The notes under the pieces were generated by a model, which worked only from the letters and a program-made list of their open reading frames with translations, did not search any database and was not told the DNA's origin. DNA of 64,000 nt from Candidatus Aminicenantales bacterium. GTDB lineage: Bacteria > Acidobacteriota > Aminicenantia > Aminicenantales > Saccharicenantaceae. A program made the translations under genes and the position numbers. Numbering within the stretch: the stretch's first letter is position 1; every line of letters starts with the position of its first letter. The stretch lies in contig JBEKVN010000001.1 of assembly GCA_049513915.1 (NCBI GenBank), forward strand, positions 224,322 to 288,321, read 5' to 3'. Shown here one piece after another: positions 18,238 to 28,300 of this stretch.

Positions 18238-18828
18238 TTAGTGTAGCTTCTTCGGAATGATCGCCGCGTAATCCTCGGGGTTATCCATATCTTTAAGAAC
18301 GGCCGGCGAGGACACCTCGACCTCGATGATGTCCTGCGAATGGGCCCGGATGAGCTGCTTCAGGCCGACTTCCGGGTCGAGCCCCAGGATTTCGCTCCTG
18401 TAGCCCGTTTCGATCAAGATGGGGTGGCCGCGGCGCTGCCCGTAAACCGGTATGACGATCCCCCGCCCGTTTTCCCGATACTTCGAAACAAGTCCGTCGA
18501 CGACATCGAAAGGGACCGCCGGCTGGTCGCCGAGCATAAGGACCGCCGCCCCGGCCTCGCCGGGAAGGGATTCGAACCCCGCCTGGATCGAAGAGAGCAT
18601 GCCCCGCCTGAAGTCCCTGTTTATGGCGAAGTTCACGGGATAGGATTTGAGGGCCTTCCGGACTTTTTCCTTGTCCGCCCCCAGCACGACGAGGGTCCCG
18701 TCGACGCTCGAATCGAGCGCGGTCCGGACGATGGCCTCGATGACCGTGGTTTCGCCGTAGGGGAGGAGGAGCTTCTGCGTCCCCATCCTCAGCGACTCTC
18801 CCGCGGCCAGGATGACGGCCCAGATCAT
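18238..18828 (-). CDS. mocA: Molybdenum cofactor cytidylyltransferase-like NTP transferase
   Basis: ILAAGESLRMG, GMLSSI, LGDQP, GHPILI and DMDNPEDY; ATGA overlap with xdhC. Confidence 0.85.
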   Translation of the reverse strand: MIWAVILAAGESLRMGTQKLLLPYGETTVIEAIVRTALDSSVDGTLVVLGADKEKVRKALKSYPVNFAINRDFRRGMLSSIQAGFESLPGEAGAAVLMLGDQPAVPFDVVDGLVSKYRENGRGIVIPVYGQRRGHPILIETGYRSEILGLDPEVGLKQLIRAHSQDIIEVEVSSPAVLKDMDNPEDYAAIIPKKLH

Positions 18829-19886
18829 GGCTTTTTCCGGCCCTTTTCGGCGAGCACCGCCCGGACTCGAACGAGCTCGGCGGCGATGCTGACCGCGATC
18901 TCTCCGACCGTCTTCGACCCGATCTCGAGGCCGATCGGCGCCCGCACGCGGCCCCATTCCTCCTCCGTCGCCCAGCCCTTGTCCAGGAACTCGCGCCGCA
19001 TCAGGTCGATTTTGGTCCGGCTTCCGATCATGCCGACGTAAGCCGCCCCCCGCCCGATCGCGGCCCGGAGCGCCTCGGCGTCGTTCCGGTGGCCGCGGGT
19101 CACGATGACGAAATAATTCTCCGGGGAGTCGGGGACCTCCTTGACGGCGGCGGCGATGTCGCCGACGACAAGGCCGTCCGCGTCGGGGATGTTTTCCTTG
19201 CTCGCAAACTCGGGCCGGTCGTCGATGACCATGACCTCAAAATCGAGCAGGTTGCCGAGATGCGCGAGGGCTTTTCCCACATGTCCGGCGCCCGCAATGA
19301 TCAGCCGTGGCAAGGGCCATACGGGCTCGGCGAAGACCGAGAAGTCCTCGGTCTTGAAGAGCGCCGGCCGGCCGTCGCCGAGGACGCGCGCGAGGTCGGA
19401 CGGCCCGATGGTTCCGGCGTGCGGACGGGACGGACCGGAAAAACCGGTTTCCGGAAGCCATTCGCGGACGGTGCGGACGAATCCGCGGCCGAGCGGCCGG
19501 ACCATGGTCAGGAGGACACCAGGCCGGCGTTTCCGGAAGCCTTCGAGGGCCCGCTCGAATGCCGGCCGCGCGTCCGCGATGAGCGGGTCGACGAGGACAG
19601 AGACGGTGCCGCCGCAGATAGCCCCTTCGACGTCGGCCGGGTCGGCGTCCAGCCGGAAATCGGCCAGCCGGGCGCGCTTGTCCTTGAGCGAATCGAGGGC
19701 GATCGCCTGCGTCCGCCCCTCGACGAGGCCGCCGCCGACCGTTCCCGCGACGAGGCCCTGGTTCGAGAAGACGGCTGCCGCGCCCTGGACTTGAGGGGTC
19801 GAACCCGAGGCGTCGATGATGCTGGCCAGGGCCAGCCCCCGGCCCTCGATCATGACCTCGAGGAGCTTGGGAAAACTGTACTTCAT
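18825..19886 (-). CDS. xdhC: XdhC/CoxI family molybdoenzyme maturation protein
   Basis: GSTPQ..GA, GTVGGGLVE, ICGG, GAGHVG, YVGMIGSR and APIGLEIG motifs; ATG 19886. Confidence 0.92.
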   Translation of the reverse strand: MKYSFPKLLEVMIEGRGLALASIIDASGSTPQVQGAAAVFSNQGLVAGTVGGGLVEGRTQAIALDSLKDKRARLADFRLDADPADVEGAICGGTVSVLVDPLIADARPAFERALEGFRKRRPGVLLTMVRPLGRGFVRTVREWLPETGFSGPSRPHAGTIGPSDLARVLGDGRPALFKTEDFSVFAEPVWPLPRLIIAGAGHVGKALAHLGNLLDFEVMVIDDRPEFASKENIPDADGLVVGDIAAAVKEVPDSPENYFVIVTRGHRNDAEALRAAIGRGAAYVGMIGSRTKIDLMRREFLDKGWATEEEWGRVRAPIGLEIGSKTVGEIAVSIAAELVRVRAVLAEKGRKKP

Positions 19887-19891
19887 TCGAT

Positions 19892-20866
19892 TCAGAGGAG
19901 AGCGAGGACGGCCCGTTTGATCGCCGCGGCCGCCAGGTTTTTCTTGTAGGCGTTTTCGGCGAGCGGGCTTGAGTCCTTGAGGGCCTCGCCGGCCGCCTGA
20001 CTGACGAGCGCTTCGGTCGCGGGCTTGCCGCGGAGGATGTCTTCGGCCCCTTTCATCCGCCAGGGGATCGTCGCGAGACCGCCGGCGACGATCGAAATTT
20101 CGGAAAAGACGCCGCCCTTGACAACACCCGTCACGGCGGCCGACGCGACGGCGAAATCCCACGTCCCCCGCTCCTTGAGCTTGATATACGTCCCCTTCTG
20201 GCCGGGCTTGGCGGCCGGCACCCGGACGTCCTTCAGGAACTCGTCCCTGGCCAGGATGTTCTCTTTCGTCACGTCAACCGACGGGGGTTTGTAAAAATCT
20301 TCGAGCCGCATGACCTTGTCGCCCCTGGCGCTACTGATCGTGACGCGCGCCCCCAGGCTGATCAGGGCCGGCGCGAGGTCCGAGGGATAGACGATGAAAC
20401 AGCCGCTTCCGCCGAGGATTGCGTGGTACTTGTTCCGGCCCTGGAAGGCGAAGCAGTTGAAGCCGCCCTTTTTCCGGCAGATGACTTGCGGGTCGCGGTA
20501 ATACCAGCACCGCGGGCGCTGGCAGAGGTTGCCGCCGACCGTGCCGGCGTTCCGGAGTTGGGGCGTCGCGAGCGAAAGGGCTGCCTCCACAAGGACCGGG
20601 AACTCCCGGGCGACGTCCGCGCTCCCGGCGAGCGCCGCGACGGTCGTCATCGGTCCGATCCGCAGGCCGCCCTTGTCCCGGGCGATCCCGGCCAGGCCGG
20701 CCACCCCCTGGATGTCCACGACCATGTCGGGAGCAGCGACGCCGCTCTTGAGCTCATCGATGAGGTCGGTGCCGCCGGCCATGATAAGCGCTTTCTCCTT
20801 GGTTTCGGCCAGGAGAGCCGCCAGTTCCTCGACGGTTTTGGGCTGGGCGATTTTGAACTCTCTCAT
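19892..20866 (-). CDS. Xanthine dehydrogenase family FAD-binding subunit (PaoB/YagS-like)
   Basis: AGGTDL, ATPQLRNAGTVGGNLCQRPRCWYYR with Cys-rich insert. Confidence 0.92.
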   Translation of the reverse strand: MREFKIAQPKTVEELAALLAETKEKALIMAGGTDLIDELKSGVAAPDMVVDIQGVAGLAGIARDKGGLRIGPMTTVAALAGSADVAREFPVLVEAALSLATPQLRNAGTVGGNLCQRPRCWYYRDPQVICRKKGGFNCFAFQGRNKYHAILGGSGCFIVYPSDLAPALISLGARVTISSARGDKVMRLEDFYKPPSVDVTKENILARDEFLKDVRVPAAKPGQKGTYIKLKERGTWDFAVASAAVTGVVKGGVFSEISIVAGGLATIPWRMKGAEDILRGKPATEALVSQAAGEALKDSSPLAENAYKKNLAAAAIKRAVLALL

Positions 20867-23145
20867 GACCTGGACTCCTTGCGCTTGAGGGCCTCGAGGA
20901 CACGCTTGGGTGTCATGGGGATCTCCGCCACATGGACGCCGATCGCGTTGTAGACGGCGTTGGCGATGGCCGCCGAGCTCGGGATGCGCGGCGGCTCCCC
21001 CAGGCCCTTCGCGCCGAGGTTGTTGAGCCTGTCGTCCACAACGTCCACGAAGATCGTCGTGATCTCCGGCATGTCGAGCGACGTCGCGATCTTATAATCG
21101 CGGAGATTCGTATTCACCGGATAACCGATATTCGAGTCCATGACCCGTTCCTCGAAGAGCCCGGCGCTCAGCCCCTGGGTGACGGCCCCGACGACCTGGC
21201 TGTCGGCCGTCTGCCTGTTGATGATCCGGCCGCTGTCGTGAGCGGCGACATACTTGAGGACCCGGACCTTGCCCGTCTCGCAGTCGACCTCGACCTCGGC
21301 GAAGTGGGCCGCGAAGGTGTTGAAGGCGTACTGGTCCTGGGGGAAGCCGGCCCTCTCGCCGTGGAATGCCGTCTCCCGCCGCAACTCGCGGTAAACGTCG
21401 GCGAAGGCGATCGACTTTCCCGGCGTCCCCCGGACCGCGAACGTCCGGCCCTCCATGACGACATCCGCCGGCTTGGCCTCGAGCTTCCGCGCCGCCACCT
21501 GTGTCAGCCGCTCGACGGCTTTGAGCGCGGCGTCGCGGACCGCGGGGGCCACGGACGGAGTCGTCACGCTTCCGCCCGATTGAGGCGCCCACGGATAGTC
21601 CGAATTGCCGATCTTGACCGTGATCTCGCGCGGTTCGAGCCCCAGCGTTTCGGCGGCCACGACGGCCATGTGCGTCCGGGTCCCGGTGCCGAGGTCCTGC
21701 GTCCCGCAAACGACCTCGACGCTCATGTCGGGGTAGAGGACGATGTCGGCCTGGGTCCCGGGCACGCCGGTTCCCCACCAGATGCTCGAGGACATGCCGA
21801 TGCCGCGCCGGACCGGGCCGTTGCCTTCGCCCGGCCGCTTGTTGCGCCGCTCCCAGCCGATGGCCCCGGCCCCGGCCTCGTAGCACTTGTCGAGCCCCTT
21901 GGTCGAGTAGGGGAGTCCGGTGTCGCCCTGGTTTCGGGTGGTGTAGTTTTTCCGCCGGAGCTCGAGCGGGTCCATGCCGATGGCCGCGGCCAGTTCGTCG
22001 AGGAACCCCTCGAGACCGAGCATGCCCTGGGTGTGGCCGGGGGCCCGCGTGGCCCGGGACGCGCCGGTGTTGGTGAAGACCGTGAACTCCTCGACCTTGA
22101 GGTTCGGGCACCGGTAAAGGTCGATGGCCGGTTCCGAGACCTCGTCGCCGTACCCCGTCCCGCCGCTCGCGTAGTTGACCAGCTGGAGGGCCGTCAGGGT
22201 GCCGTCTTTTTTGACGCCGCCTTTATAAGTCTGAAGGGAGGACGGGCGGTAGCCGACGCAGAGGGAATTATCGCGCCGGCTGAGGACGACCTTGACCGGA
22301 CGCCCCGCTTCCCGCGCCAGCCGCGCCGCGGCCACGGTGTGCTCATTGAGGCCGAGCTTGCTCCCGAATCCCCCGCCCATGTAATTTTTGATGACGGTGA
22401 CCTTGGCCGCGGGAATTTTCAGGGCTCGGGCCAGGCCGTCGCGGACGCCGTGGACGTTCTGCGTCGAATCGTAAACGGTGAGCTGGTCCCCGTCCCAGGA
22501 GGCGATGCTGGCGTGGGTTTCCGTCGGGTGGTGGATCTCGAAGTTCGTCCGGTAGGTCCGCTCGATGACGACGTCCGCTTCCTTGAAGCCTTTTTCGACA
22601 TCGCCCCGGGCGGCCTCGTTGAACTTCTCGACGTTGGGCTTGCCGTCGCGGACCTGAGGAGCGCCGGGATCTCTGGCCTTTTCCCAGTCGACGACGGCCG
22701 GGAGGACCTTGTAATCGACCTTGATGAGGTTTAGGGCCCTTTCGGCGGTGCTCTTGTTGACGGCGGCCACGGCGGCGACCTGCTGCCCCGCGTAACGGAC
22801 CTTTCCTTCGGCGAGTTGGATCGCGGCCAGGACCCCGGGCAGGCTCTTGGCCGGCCCTAGGTCGACGGAGACGACCTCGGCCGCGGCGTGCGGGGACCGC
22901 AGGATCTTTCCGGTCAGCATGCCCCTGAGTCGGACGTCGTGGGTGTACTTGGCCTGCCCGGTCACGATCTTGCGGCCGTCGATGCGCGCTGTGGGTTTCC
23001 CGATGAACTTGAACTCGGCCGGGGCCGGTCCGGGGGCAGGCTTGGGCTTGGCTTGAGCCGGCGCGGCCTGGCTCTGGCGGCCGCGGGCCTCCTCGAGGTA
23101 CAGGCCGCTGCCGACGCCGATGTCCGCGGTGTCTTCTTTGGCCAT
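20863..23145 (-). CDS. Xanthine dehydrogenase family molybdopterin-binding subunit (PaoC/YagR-like)
   Basis: VTGQAKY, GGGFGSK, RAPG, GTQDLGTG, GGSVTT and KGLGEPP motifs. Confidence 0.93.
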   Translation of the reverse strand: MAKEDTADIGVGSGLYLEEARGRQSQAAPAQAKPKPAPGPAPAEFKFIGKPTARIDGRKIVTGQAKYTHDVRLRGMLTGKILRSPHAAAEVVSVDLGPAKSLPGVLAAIQLAEGKVRYAGQQVAAVAAVNKSTAERALNLIKVDYKVLPAVVDWEKARDPGAPQVRDGKPNVEKFNEAARGDVEKGFKEADVVIERTYRTNFEIHHPTETHASIASWDGDQLTVYDSTQNVHGVRDGLARALKIPAAKVTVIKNYMGGGFGSKLGLNEHTVAAARLAREAGRPVKVVLSRRDNSLCVGYRPSSLQTYKGGVKKDGTLTALQLVNYASGGTGYGDEVSEPAIDLYRCPNLKVEEFTVFTNTGASRATRAPGHTQGMLGLEGFLDELAAAIGMDPLELRRKNYTTRNQGDTGLPYSTKGLDKCYEAGAGAIGWERRNKRPGEGNGPVRRGIGMSSSIWWGTGVPGTQADIVLYPDMSVEVVCGTQDLGTGTRTHMAVVAAETLGLEPREITVKIGNSDYPWAPQSGGSVTTPSVAPAVRDAALKAVERLTQVAARKLEAKPADVVMEGRTFAVRGTPGKSIAFADVYRELRRETAFHGERAGFPQDQYAFNTFAAHFAEVEVDCETGKVRVLKYVAAHDSGRIINRQTADSQVVGAVTQGLSAGLFEERVMDSNIGYPVNTNLRDYKIATSLDMPEITTIFVDVVDDRLNNLGAKGLGEPPRIPSSAAIANAVYNAIGVHVAEIPMTPKRVLEALKRKESRS

Positions 23146-23146
23146 G

Positions 23147-23773
23147 TCACGCCCCCTTCATCTTTTCGGCGGCGGCCGCGACGGCTTTATAAATCTTGAC
23201 GTAGTTGCCGCAGCGGCAGAGGTTTCCGGAGAGGGCCAGCTTGATCTCGTCCGCATTCGGGGACGGGTTTTTGGCCAGGAAGCCCGTCGTCGCCATGACG
23301 AACCCGGGCGTGCAGAAGCCGCACTGGTAGCCGTCGTGCTCGATGAAGGCCTCCTGGACGGGATGAAGCTTGTCGCCCTTGGCCAGGCCTTCGACCGTCG
23401 TGACGCTCCGCCCATCGGCCCGGACGGCCAGGGCCATGCAGGCGTAGACCGGCTCGCCGTCGAGGAGCACCGTGCAGCCGCCGCATTCGCCGCGGTCGCA
23501 AACGTTCTTGGCTCCCGTGAGCTCGAGCCGGTCGCGCAGGACGTCGAGGAGCGTTTCGTTCGCCGCGACCAGCACGCTTTGTGGCCTGCCGTTGACGGTC
23601 AGCGTGATGTTTTTCTTGTCGAAGACGGGGACGCGGCCCTTTTTCGTGACCACCGCGTCCTCGGCGAAAAGCCGGGGGAGGACGGCCGTTCCCAGGGCGC
23701 CGGTGCCGACACCCTTGATGAAATCCCTGCGGCTGACGCCGCCGGGAGCTTTCCTGTCGGGTCGTTTTTCCAT
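23147..23773 (-). CDS. (2Fe-2S)-binding subunit with Tat signal (PaoA/YagT-like)
   Basis: SRRDFIK twin-Arg motif; CDRGECGGC, QCGFCTPG and NLCRC motifs. Confidence 0.93.
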   Translation of the reverse strand: MEKRPDRKAPGGVSRRDFIKGVGTGALGTAVLPRLFAEDAVVTKKGRVPVFDKKNITLTVNGRPQSVLVAANETLLDVLRDRLELTGAKNVCDRGECGGCTVLLDGEPVYACMALAVRADGRSVTTVEGLAKGDKLHPVQEAFIEHDGYQCGFCTPGFVMATTGFLAKNPSPNADEIKLALSGNLCRCGNYVKIYKAVAAAAEKMKGA

Positions 23774-23805
23774 GGCGGACTCCCGTGAAGAGAAATCAGG
23801 TCGCG

Positions 23806-24471
23806 TTATATCAGCCGCAGGCACGCCAGGGCGGCCAGGCAGAGAACGAACGCGGCGGGGGAAACCCAGCGCAATCTGGCCGCGCCGAGCGGCGCGAGAC
23901 GGGTCTCGAAGGAGGCGGCCCTGGCCCCGGCCCAGAAACCGGCCGGGACGGTCAGCGCCGAGAGGGCGATGGCGATGGGCGCGTAATAGAGCGAAAGCGA
24001 CAGGGCGGTGCCCGGAACTTTACAGGCCGCGATGCCCGTGGCGAAACGCACCAGCGGGAAGGCGTTGACGGCGAGGAGGGCGGTCAGGCCTCCGGCGAGT
24101 CCGCGGCCGGCGGTCTGCGCGGCGAAGTCCCTGCGGATGACGCTGATGAGGACGAAGAACGCCGCTCCCTCCATGACGATGGCGAAAATCGGGTTGGCGA
24201 TCGCGCCGTGGAGGACGGGCAGGCCGAGGAGCAGGGCGTCGAAGAGCTTGAAGAAGGAGGCCAGGAGGACCATGCCCGCGAGGGACTGCAGGCGCGGCGA
24301 GACCGCCCAGGCGGCGGCCAGGAAAAAGAGGGCCCCGCCGGTCATGAGCGAACCCGAGACCGTCGAGGCGCACTGGCGAAGGTACATGCCGAGAGCCGCC
24401 TCGGACAGACCCCAGAGGCTTCCCAGGACAAGGATCGGACCCCAAGCTGTTTTTTGCGGATTCAATGACAT
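23806..24471 (-). CDS. Hypothetical multi-TM membrane protein, first gene of the molybdoenzyme operon
   Basis: About 6 hydrophobic segments; ATG 24471 with RBS GAGGGA; 32 bp upstream of the 2Fe-2S gene. Confidence 0.75.
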   Translation of the reverse strand: MSLNPQKTAWGPILVLGSLWGLSEAALGMYLRQCASTVSGSLMTGGALFFLAAAWAVSPRLQSLAGMVLLASFFKLFDALLLGLPVLHGAIANPIFAIVMEGAAFFVLISVIRRDFAAQTAGRGLAGGLTALLAVNAFPLVRFATGIAACKVPGTALSLSLYYAPIAIALSALTVPAGFWAGARAASFETRLAPLGAARLRWVSPAAFVLCLAALACLRLI

Positions 24472-24514
24472 CGTTCCCTCCCGTTTTTGGGATTGCCGGC
24501 GGACGTCAATCATA

Positions 24515-24544
24515 ATCATACGCCGTCCGGGCGCGTGACGTCAA
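24515..24544 (-). promoter_or_regulatory. Sigma70-type promoter TTGACG-N18-TATGAT
   Basis: Upstream of the membrane protein/pao-like operon. Confidence 0.5.
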
Positions 24545-24585
24545 CAAAGGGGCCGGACTCTGAGGGCTCGTCCTTCACGGGCGCC

Positions 24586-25407
24586 TCAGAAGCCGCGGAG
24601 CCTCGTGCTGTCCCGGCGGGGGAGTCCGGGCTTGGGCGTCCGGGTGAGGACGACATATTCGATCCCGGCCTGCCGGCAGAACTCCCGCTTCTCGGGCCGG
24701 TCGCCGTCCTCGTTGACGACGTAGTAATGGGGCTTGATGGTGGCGATCTCAGGCTCCGCGTCCATCCACCCCTGGCCGGTCGCGATAAACGCGCGCTTGA
24801 CGTGCCGGACCGATTGGACCATGTAGGCACGCTCGGCCTCCGGAAAAAGAGGATGACCGTCGCGCTTGAGCCGGCGGAGATTGGCGTCGCTGCCGACGCC
24901 GACGTAGAGATCGCCGAAGGCCGCGGCCTCCTCGAAGAAACGGACGTGGCCGGAGTGAAACCAGTCGTAACAGCCTGTGACGACGACCCGTTTGCTTTCC
25001 GGGCGCGCGTCGACCTCGAGCGCGGGCAACGGGGGAAATCCCTTGAGCGCAGCGGCGGTTATGATCCGGAGTTCAAGCCCGCCTTCCTCAGATAGTGCCT
25101 TGGTTTCGGGGGAATCTCCCGCTTCGTCCACGGCCCAAATGCCCGGCGCCGGGGTCTGGCCCGGCCCGTGGTCAGCGGTCGGCGGGAATTCGCCGACGGC
25201 GGATACCTGGGAGACATAGCGAATCGCCTGCAGCATGTACAGGCGTTCGGCGAAAGCAAATTTCGGCGGTTTTTTTTCCCGGGCAAGAAAGAGATCGTCT
25301 GTCCATAAGCCGGCCTGAACCCGGCCGAACTTTGCCGCCTCTTCGAGGAATCGAACGTCGCGCGCCCGAAGGTCGTCGAACGGGCCGGTGACCAGGACCT
25401 CCTTCAT
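24586..25407 (-). CDS. Tandem cytidylyltransferase-like (HIGH-family) protein; first domain degenerate
   Basis: Domain 2 GCYDWFHSGH is intact; domain 1 GPFDDLRARD lacks HxGH. Confidence 0.85.
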   Translation of the reverse strand: MKEVLVTGPFDDLRARDVRFLEEAAKFGRVQAGLWTDDLFLAREKKPPKFAFAERLYMLQAIRYVSQVSAVGEFPPTADHGPGQTPAPGIWAVDEAGDSPETKALSEEGGLELRIITAAALKGFPPLPALEVDARPESKRVVVTGCYDWFHSGHVRFFEEAAAFGDLYVGVGSDANLRRLKRDGHPLFPEAERAYMVQSVRHVKRAFIATGQGWMDAEPEIATIKPHYYVVNEDGDRPEKREFCRQAGIEYVVLTRTPKPGLPRRDSTRLRGF

Positions 25408-25419
25408 GCCCTGCTTCCG

Positions 25420-26175
25420 TCAGGCGGCCCGGACCTTGATTTTCAGGCCGATCGGGACGTCCTCGTCCGAGACGACGATGAGATAGCCGCCGCCGCAGCC
25501 CGAATACATGGCCCCGGGATACCAGGATTGGTAATCGGCCAGGATGGCCTTGAGGTCGGCTTGGATCGCGGGATGACGCACCGTGTTCGGCAAAATGGCT
25601 TCCCAGCACTCCATGGTCTCGTTGAAGGAGGCGCCGAGCGCCATGATGTCCTTGGCCAGGATCGCGCCGTAACAATCCTTGCCGGACCTTCCGAGCCGCC
25701 TGATCCAGAGCGGGTCGAGGTTTTTGATACCGAGGGGGTCGTAGCCCTCGGGCCTGGCCGAGACCGGGATGAGCCAGATCATTTTCTCGAGCCATGCCGC
25801 GACCGCCGGGTCCGTGTTCGATTCGATATTGGCCGGGAAAACGCCTCCCGAGACCTGGAAATCGTAATCCAGCCGGCTGACTCCGGGATAGATGATCCCC
25901 GCCATGTCCTGTGAGCCGGAGGGTTCGCTTTTCCCAGCGTTTTCGGCGTCGTAGAGTTCACGCATCAGGACCGCCGGATCCTTTTGCGGCAGGCTCTCGC
26001 CCCAACGCTTGACGGCCGTCAGGCGCGTGCTGGTGGCCAGCCCGCTCCGGTCCATGAACGTTTGGTCAGGGACCAGGGAAACGACGACCATGGAGCCGCG
26101 CGGGTCGGGATTGTGGCGTGAAACGAAGGGCTGGTCGATCCAGCCGCCGGCCAGGGCCAGTCTGTAGGGGATCAT
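25420..26175 (-). CDS. GHMP kinase family sugar kinase-like protein
   Basis: RLALAGGWID, SGLATS, SGSQD and SGCGGGY motifs. Confidence 0.75.
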   Translation of the reverse strand: MIPYRLALAGGWIDQPFVSRHNPDPRGSMVVVSLVPDQTFMDRSGLATSTRLTAVKRWGESLPQKDPAVLMRELYDAENAGKSEPSGSQDMAGIIYPGVSRLDYDFQVSGGVFPANIESNTDPAVAAWLEKMIWLIPVSARPEGYDPLGIKNLDPLWIRRLGRSGKDCYGAILAKDIMALGASFNETMECWEAILPNTVRHPAIQADLKAILADYQSWYPGAMYSGCGGGYLIVVSDEDVPIGLKIKVRAA

Positions 26176-27216
26176 TCAGATCACCGTCCGTTTGCCCGCC
26201 TGGCGCAGCTTGACCTGCGCCTCGATCCAGGCGTACGTCTTGGCTATGCCCTTTCGGAGCGGCGTCGACGGCTCCCAGCCGAGGACCCGTTTGATCGTCG
26301 TGTTGTCGGAGTTGCGGCCGGCGACGCCCTTGGGCGCGCTGGGGTCGTAGGTCCGCTTGACCTTGATACCGGCCGCGCCCTCGATGATCGTCAGGAGGTC
26401 GTTGATCGAGACGAGCTCGCTCGTGCCGAGGTTGATCGGCGTCGCGAGGAGCTCGTCGCAGTGCATGATCATGTCGATGCCTTCGACGCAGTCGTCGATG
26501 AACATGAAGCTCCGGGTCTGGCGCCCATCGCCCCAGACCTCGACCGTTCCGGACCCGCTTTCGCGGGCCTCGATGACCTTACGGCAGAGCGCGGCCGGCG
26601 CCTTTTCGCGGCCGCCGTCCCATGTCCCCCAAGGGCCGTAAACATTGTGGAGGCGGGCGATGAACGTCCGGAGCCCGCGCTCGGCCCAATATTCCTGGCA
26701 GAACATCTCCGACATCAGTTTTTCCCACCCGTAGCCGCGCTCGGCCATAGCCGGGAAGGCGTCGGATTCCTTGAGGGCCCGGGAGTTGACGTCCTTCTGA
26801 AGGTCGGTGTTGTAGGCGCAGGCGGAGGAGGAGAAGAAGTAGCGGTCCGCGCCGGCCCGGTAGGCGGCCTCGATCATGTGGGCGTTGATGAGGATGCTCC
26901 GGAGGCATTCGACGCGGAAGCGCTCGATAAACCCCATGCCTCCCATATCGGCGGCGAGCTGATAAACTTCGACGGCGCCCTCGCAGGCCCGGACGCAGTT
27001 GTTCCGATGGCTCAGGTCCAGGCAGAGGTTTTCAACTTCGGGCGTCCTCTGATACCACTCGGAGAGGGGCTTTTTGTCGACGGCGCGGATCCTCGTAAAA
27101 CCTTTATCGCGGAAATACCGGACCAGCGCCCCGGCGATGAACCCGCCCGCGCCCGTGATCACGAGGAGGTCGTCTTTCGCGCGGAAATCCTCAATGCGTT
27201 TTTGTCGCGCGCTCAT
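26176..27216 (-). CDS. NAD-dependent epimerase, GDP-mannose 3,5-epimerase-like extended SDR
   Basis: TGAGGFIAG, LAADMGGMGFI, SSSAC, YGWEK and GGREKAPAALCRK motifs. Confidence 0.88.
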   Translation of the reverse strand: MSARQKRIEDFRAKDDLLVITGAGGFIAGALVRYFRDKGFTRIRAVDKKPLSEWYQRTPEVENLCLDLSHRNNCVRACEGAVEVYQLAADMGGMGFIERFRVECLRSILINAHMIEAAYRAGADRYFFSSSACAYNTDLQKDVNSRALKESDAFPAMAERGYGWEKLMSEMFCQEYWAERGLRTFIARLHNVYGPWGTWDGGREKAPAALCRKVIEARESGSGTVEVWGDGRQTRSFMFIDDCVEGIDMIMHCDELLATPINLGTSELVSINDLLTIIEGAAGIKVKRTYDPSAPKGVAGRNSDNTTIKRVLGWEPSTPLRKGIAKTYAWIEAQVKLRQAGKRTVI

Positions 27217-27379
27217 ATGATCCTTGTCCTTTCCCCGTAATAGGGGTCATTATATCGTATTTTAGTCGTCACGGAGAACCTTTTTCCCCTGAATCCCGTT
27301 TATATTGGTGACCGGGTATATAGATCTTCGCCATCGGCCGGCCCAACACCCGGCGCGGACCCAATTCGAGGAGGACTTC

Positions 27380-28240
27380 ATGAACATCCCCGCAGCCCTG
27401 AGAAAATGCCGGAAAGCGATGCCCGGCTTAATCCTGGTCCTGGCCATCCTTCACAGCCACGGCGTGTTCGCACAGAGCCTGGACATCCCCACGGGCAAAT
27501 GGGGGATCAGCTTCGGCAATTCAAAGGATTTCACCGGGCTCCGGTTCAACTTCCGCGACAGCCGGGTGAGCCGCGTCACGGGGATTAATGTCACCTTATG
27601 GAACCCGCGGAAGGACAACAAGGATTCCGTGATCAAGGGGATCTCTCTGGGCCTCATCCCCGGCGGCGGCGAAATGACGGGCCTTCAGCTCGGCCTCCTG
27701 GGCCCGGGCGCCGAGAAGAGCATGACCGGCGTGAACATCGGCCTCATCGGGGCCGGCAGCGGCGAGGACATGACCGGAATCAATATCGGCGGCGTGGGAG
27801 TCGGAGCCGGCAACAACATGACCGGCTTGAATATCGGCGGAATCGGCGTAGGCTCCGGGAAGATCCTCAAAGGCATCACCATCGCCGGGATCGGGGCCGG
27901 GGCGGGAGAGAAGCTCCTCGGGTTGATTGTCACGGGAGTCGGCGCCGGGGCGCCGGAAGTCCGGGGGATCGCCGTCAGCGGCGCCGTCGTCGGCGCCAGG
28001 CATCTCACCGGCGCCTTTTTCGCCGGCGGGGTGGTTTTCATCGACAGGAGCGGCAGCCTGTCCGGCCTGGCCGCGAGCCCGGTCAACTATGTCAGGGGCA
28101 CCGTGAACGGGCTGTGCATCGGGATCGTGAATTACGCCTGGAAGCTCGAGAAGGGGCTTCAGATCGGCATCGTCAATATCATCCGCGACAATCCCAAAGG
28201 TCTCAAGGTCCTGCCGGTATTCAATACGCGGTTCAATTAG
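27380..28240 (+). CDS. Secreted Gly-rich repeat protein (LA_2272-like beta-repeat family)
   Basis: RBS GAGGAGG, signal peptide, repeated MTG(V/I/L)N(I/L)GG(I/V)G(A/V)G units, GLQIGIVN. Confidence 0.75.
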   Translation: MNIPAALRKCRKAMPGLILVLAILHSHGVFAQSLDIPTGKWGISFGNSKDFTGLRFNFRDSRVSRVTGINVTLWNPRKDNKDSVIKGISLGLIPGGGEMTGLQLGLLGPGAEKSMTGVNIGLIGAGSGEDMTGINIGGVGVGAGNNMTGLNIGGIGVGSGKILKGITIAGIGAGAGEKLLGLIVTGVGAGAPEVRGIAVSGAVVGARHLTGAFFAGGVVFIDRSGSLSGLAASPVNYVRGTVNGLCIGIVNYAWKLEKGLQIGIVNIIRDNPKGLKVLPVFNTRFN

Positions 28241-28300
28241 CCACCGCCTTTTGGCATTCTATCAAAGACTGCCCGGGGCTATCGCGTGCGTACCCGGAAA

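Noticed and set aside
27660-27960. DNA-level repeats in the Gly-rich protein gene
   Set aside because: Explained by protein repeat units, not an independent element.
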